DNA of 64,000 bases from Vicugna vicugna (lineage: Eukaryota). The stretch spans positions 592,962 to 656,961 of the forward strand of contig MU058482.1 of assembly GCA_013265495.1 (NCBI GenBank). Reading direction: 5' to 3'. Every line of letters begins with the position of its first letter. The first letter of the stretch is position 1. Made by a program: the position numbers and the translations under genes. Positions 63,446 to 64,000 of this stretch are shown one piece after another. Under the pieces are notes generated by a model. The model was not told where the DNA came from and searched no databases. It worked only from the letters and a program-made list of their open reading frames with translations.

Positions 63446-64000
63446 CTTATCTTGTGGTTGGCTTTATTCCTTTGACAACTATGTAAGTTTAAAAAGCTAA
63501 AGCTCTAAATGTTCTTAGAAACAACAAACAGCACATATATGGAAATTTAAAAATATGTGCAGTATATTGTATATGCCAATTTACATGCAATATATTATAT
63601 ATGTGCAGTCAAATTGTAACAATTCTACCTAATAAAACTGAAAAATGGGGGGAAAAAAAGAGAATTGCCCACAGGTTTTAATCATGGGGATCTGGTGATG
63701 GTTGGTATATCCGTCAGTGGTAAGATTGGTAACAGTGGGTATGGTTTGGGATAATCTAAAAATGGTATTAGAATGAGTATTTTTTTGTCTTTTTAAATTT
63801 ATTGAGGTATAAATGACAAAACTGTAAGATCCTTAAAGTTTATAACGTGACAATTTGATAAACGTATGCATTGTGAAAGGATTCTTTCCACTGAGTTACA
63901 TAACATGCATAACTTCATATATTTACCTTTTTAGAACCAGTATGTTCCGACCTAACAATTGTAATAAGGAGTAAGAAAAGAGAAAATGTCTCATTATGGG

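Noticed and set aside
1..64000. CRISPR array or prokaryote-type operon or defence system
   Set aside because: The sequence is mammalian; no regularly spaced short repeats or dense ORF organisation

Overview
Eukaryotic (mammalian) DNA, most likely camelid, judging from six copies of a Vic-1-like tRNA-derived SINE. The window is part of an RNase A superfamily gene cluster. It holds one intact eosinophil-type RNase (RNASE2/3-like, minus strand, CDS 31479-31952) and one intact, divergently oriented non-canonical RNase A gene (plus strand, 38652-39077) whose His12-equivalent is Arg. At least two decayed paralogues of the latter occur at about 10.6 kb and 20.7 kb. All three copies are followed by a CTCF-like motif in a CpG-rich patch. 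Also present: processed retrocopies of FLNB (last Ig repeat only) and ZDHHC2 (apparently from an exon-skipped mRNA), a ~2.7 kb inverted repeat made of two near-identical ancient L2 copies around a CpG-rich spacer, an 850-bp tandem duplication, an older ~4-7 kb block duplication, many L1/LTR/DNA-element fragments and a 303-N gap. Repeat family names and homologies come from visual recognition, not database searches, and many boundaries are approximate.
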